Below, one piece after another: positions 63,377 to 64,000 of a DNA stretch of 64,000 nucleotides (position 1 is its first letter; each line of letters opens with the position of its first letter). Below the pieces are notes generated by a model. The model saw only the letters and a list, made by a program, of their open reading frames with translations, was not told the DNA's origin and searched no databases. This DNA comes from Trichosphaerium sp. ATCC 40318. Lineage: Eukaryota; Protista; Tubulinea. The stretch is taken from contig JALMLS010000436.1 in assembly GCA_038496445.1 (NCBI GenBank), positions 49,693-113,692 on the forward strand, in the 5' to 3' direction. The position numbers were made by a program, and so were the translations under genes.

Positions 63377-64000
63377 TCATAAATCAAATCTTATATGGAA
63401 AATAATATCTTGAACTTATCACGTGATGTGTAAAGGATACAACACACAAATAGCATGTGATGCATGTATCAAGGAAAATAAGTGTTGCATAGTACGTGTG
63501 ACACTGTGTCAAGTTCTGTTATGCTTTCTTTTAACGTATGACTGCTTTTAGTGTCATCATAGAAATAGCATCCCATTTTAAGCTGGTTAAGTCCATACCC
63601 AATAGGCTCAATAGTTGATTTTTTGGACCAATCAACTTCTTTGCTCAACTTTTAAAGAAAATTAATTGGAAAAAGAAATAACAAAGAGACTAGCACTGCA
63701 TCCATACTTTTTCACGAATTTGTTCCTCGATAAGTGCCAGGTCTACAATAGAGGCCTCATAAATAGCGTATAAATTATTACTTAATTCACTAAGAGGCAG
63801 TAGTAGATGTAGAATGGCAAAACATGAAGAGATTTTTAACTTTTGAAAGACTTGCCTGTTTCTGCATTAGCAGGTCTTATAATGAACTGAGCTTTGCATA
63901 TAGGGAACTTTTTCTGCTTTTGTATGTTTGAGGAATCATCCTACAAAATATCACATGAGCGATGACAAGTTTCGTAGTCAGTTTTTTTTGAAGTACTTTT
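63377..64000 (-). CDS. 3' part of a gene ending in a divergent EF-1beta/delta guanine-nucleotide-exchange-like domain (5' end outside window)
   Basis: Spliced: KAQFIIRPANAETDLALIEEQIREKSM..VDWSKKSTIEPIGYGLNQLKMGCYFYDD..LKESITELDTVS. Compare the EF1B pattern KP.DDETD...E..VR.....W.....PV.YG.KKL. Not in the ORF track. Confidence 0.7.

Overview
AT-rich, gene-dense eukaryotic DNA with many short spliceosomal introns (mostly GT-AG, several GC-AG) and the standard genetic code. Gene content (PPR-TrmB fusion, polyubiquitin without junction insertions, F-box/MORN and F-box/LRR families) fits a free-living protist, plausibly an amoebozoan (inference). About 27 protein genes are supported: NOP10, a DEP-C2 protein, an FMO, an RfaE-II-like nucleotidyltransferase, an amidohydrolase, a divergent actin, a sterol desaturase-family enzyme, pentaubiquitin, a DOMON/Cu-monooxygenase, GST, an RmlD-like reductase, PPR-TrmB, a PA-domain multipass protein, an aspartic protease and an EF1B-like gene, among others. 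Several decayed paralogues are also present. The most interesting features are: (i) two genes with a ~70-aa W/Y-rich repeat, each repeat built from phase-2 exon modules, fused to a PD-(D/E)XK/Vsr-like domain; (ii) two unannotated secreted CX3CX6C..CX6CX3C peptides missed by the ORF track; (iii) a tandem array of LamG-like single-pass receptors diversifying in ectodomain loops; (iv) intron-poor F-box/MORN and F-box/LRR genes with scattered dead copies; (v) an intronless, bacterial-type ADP-heptose synthase candidate; (vi) a ~5.2-kb block bounded by a direct repeat. Exon structures were inferred by eye and coordinates span introns. No database searches were run.
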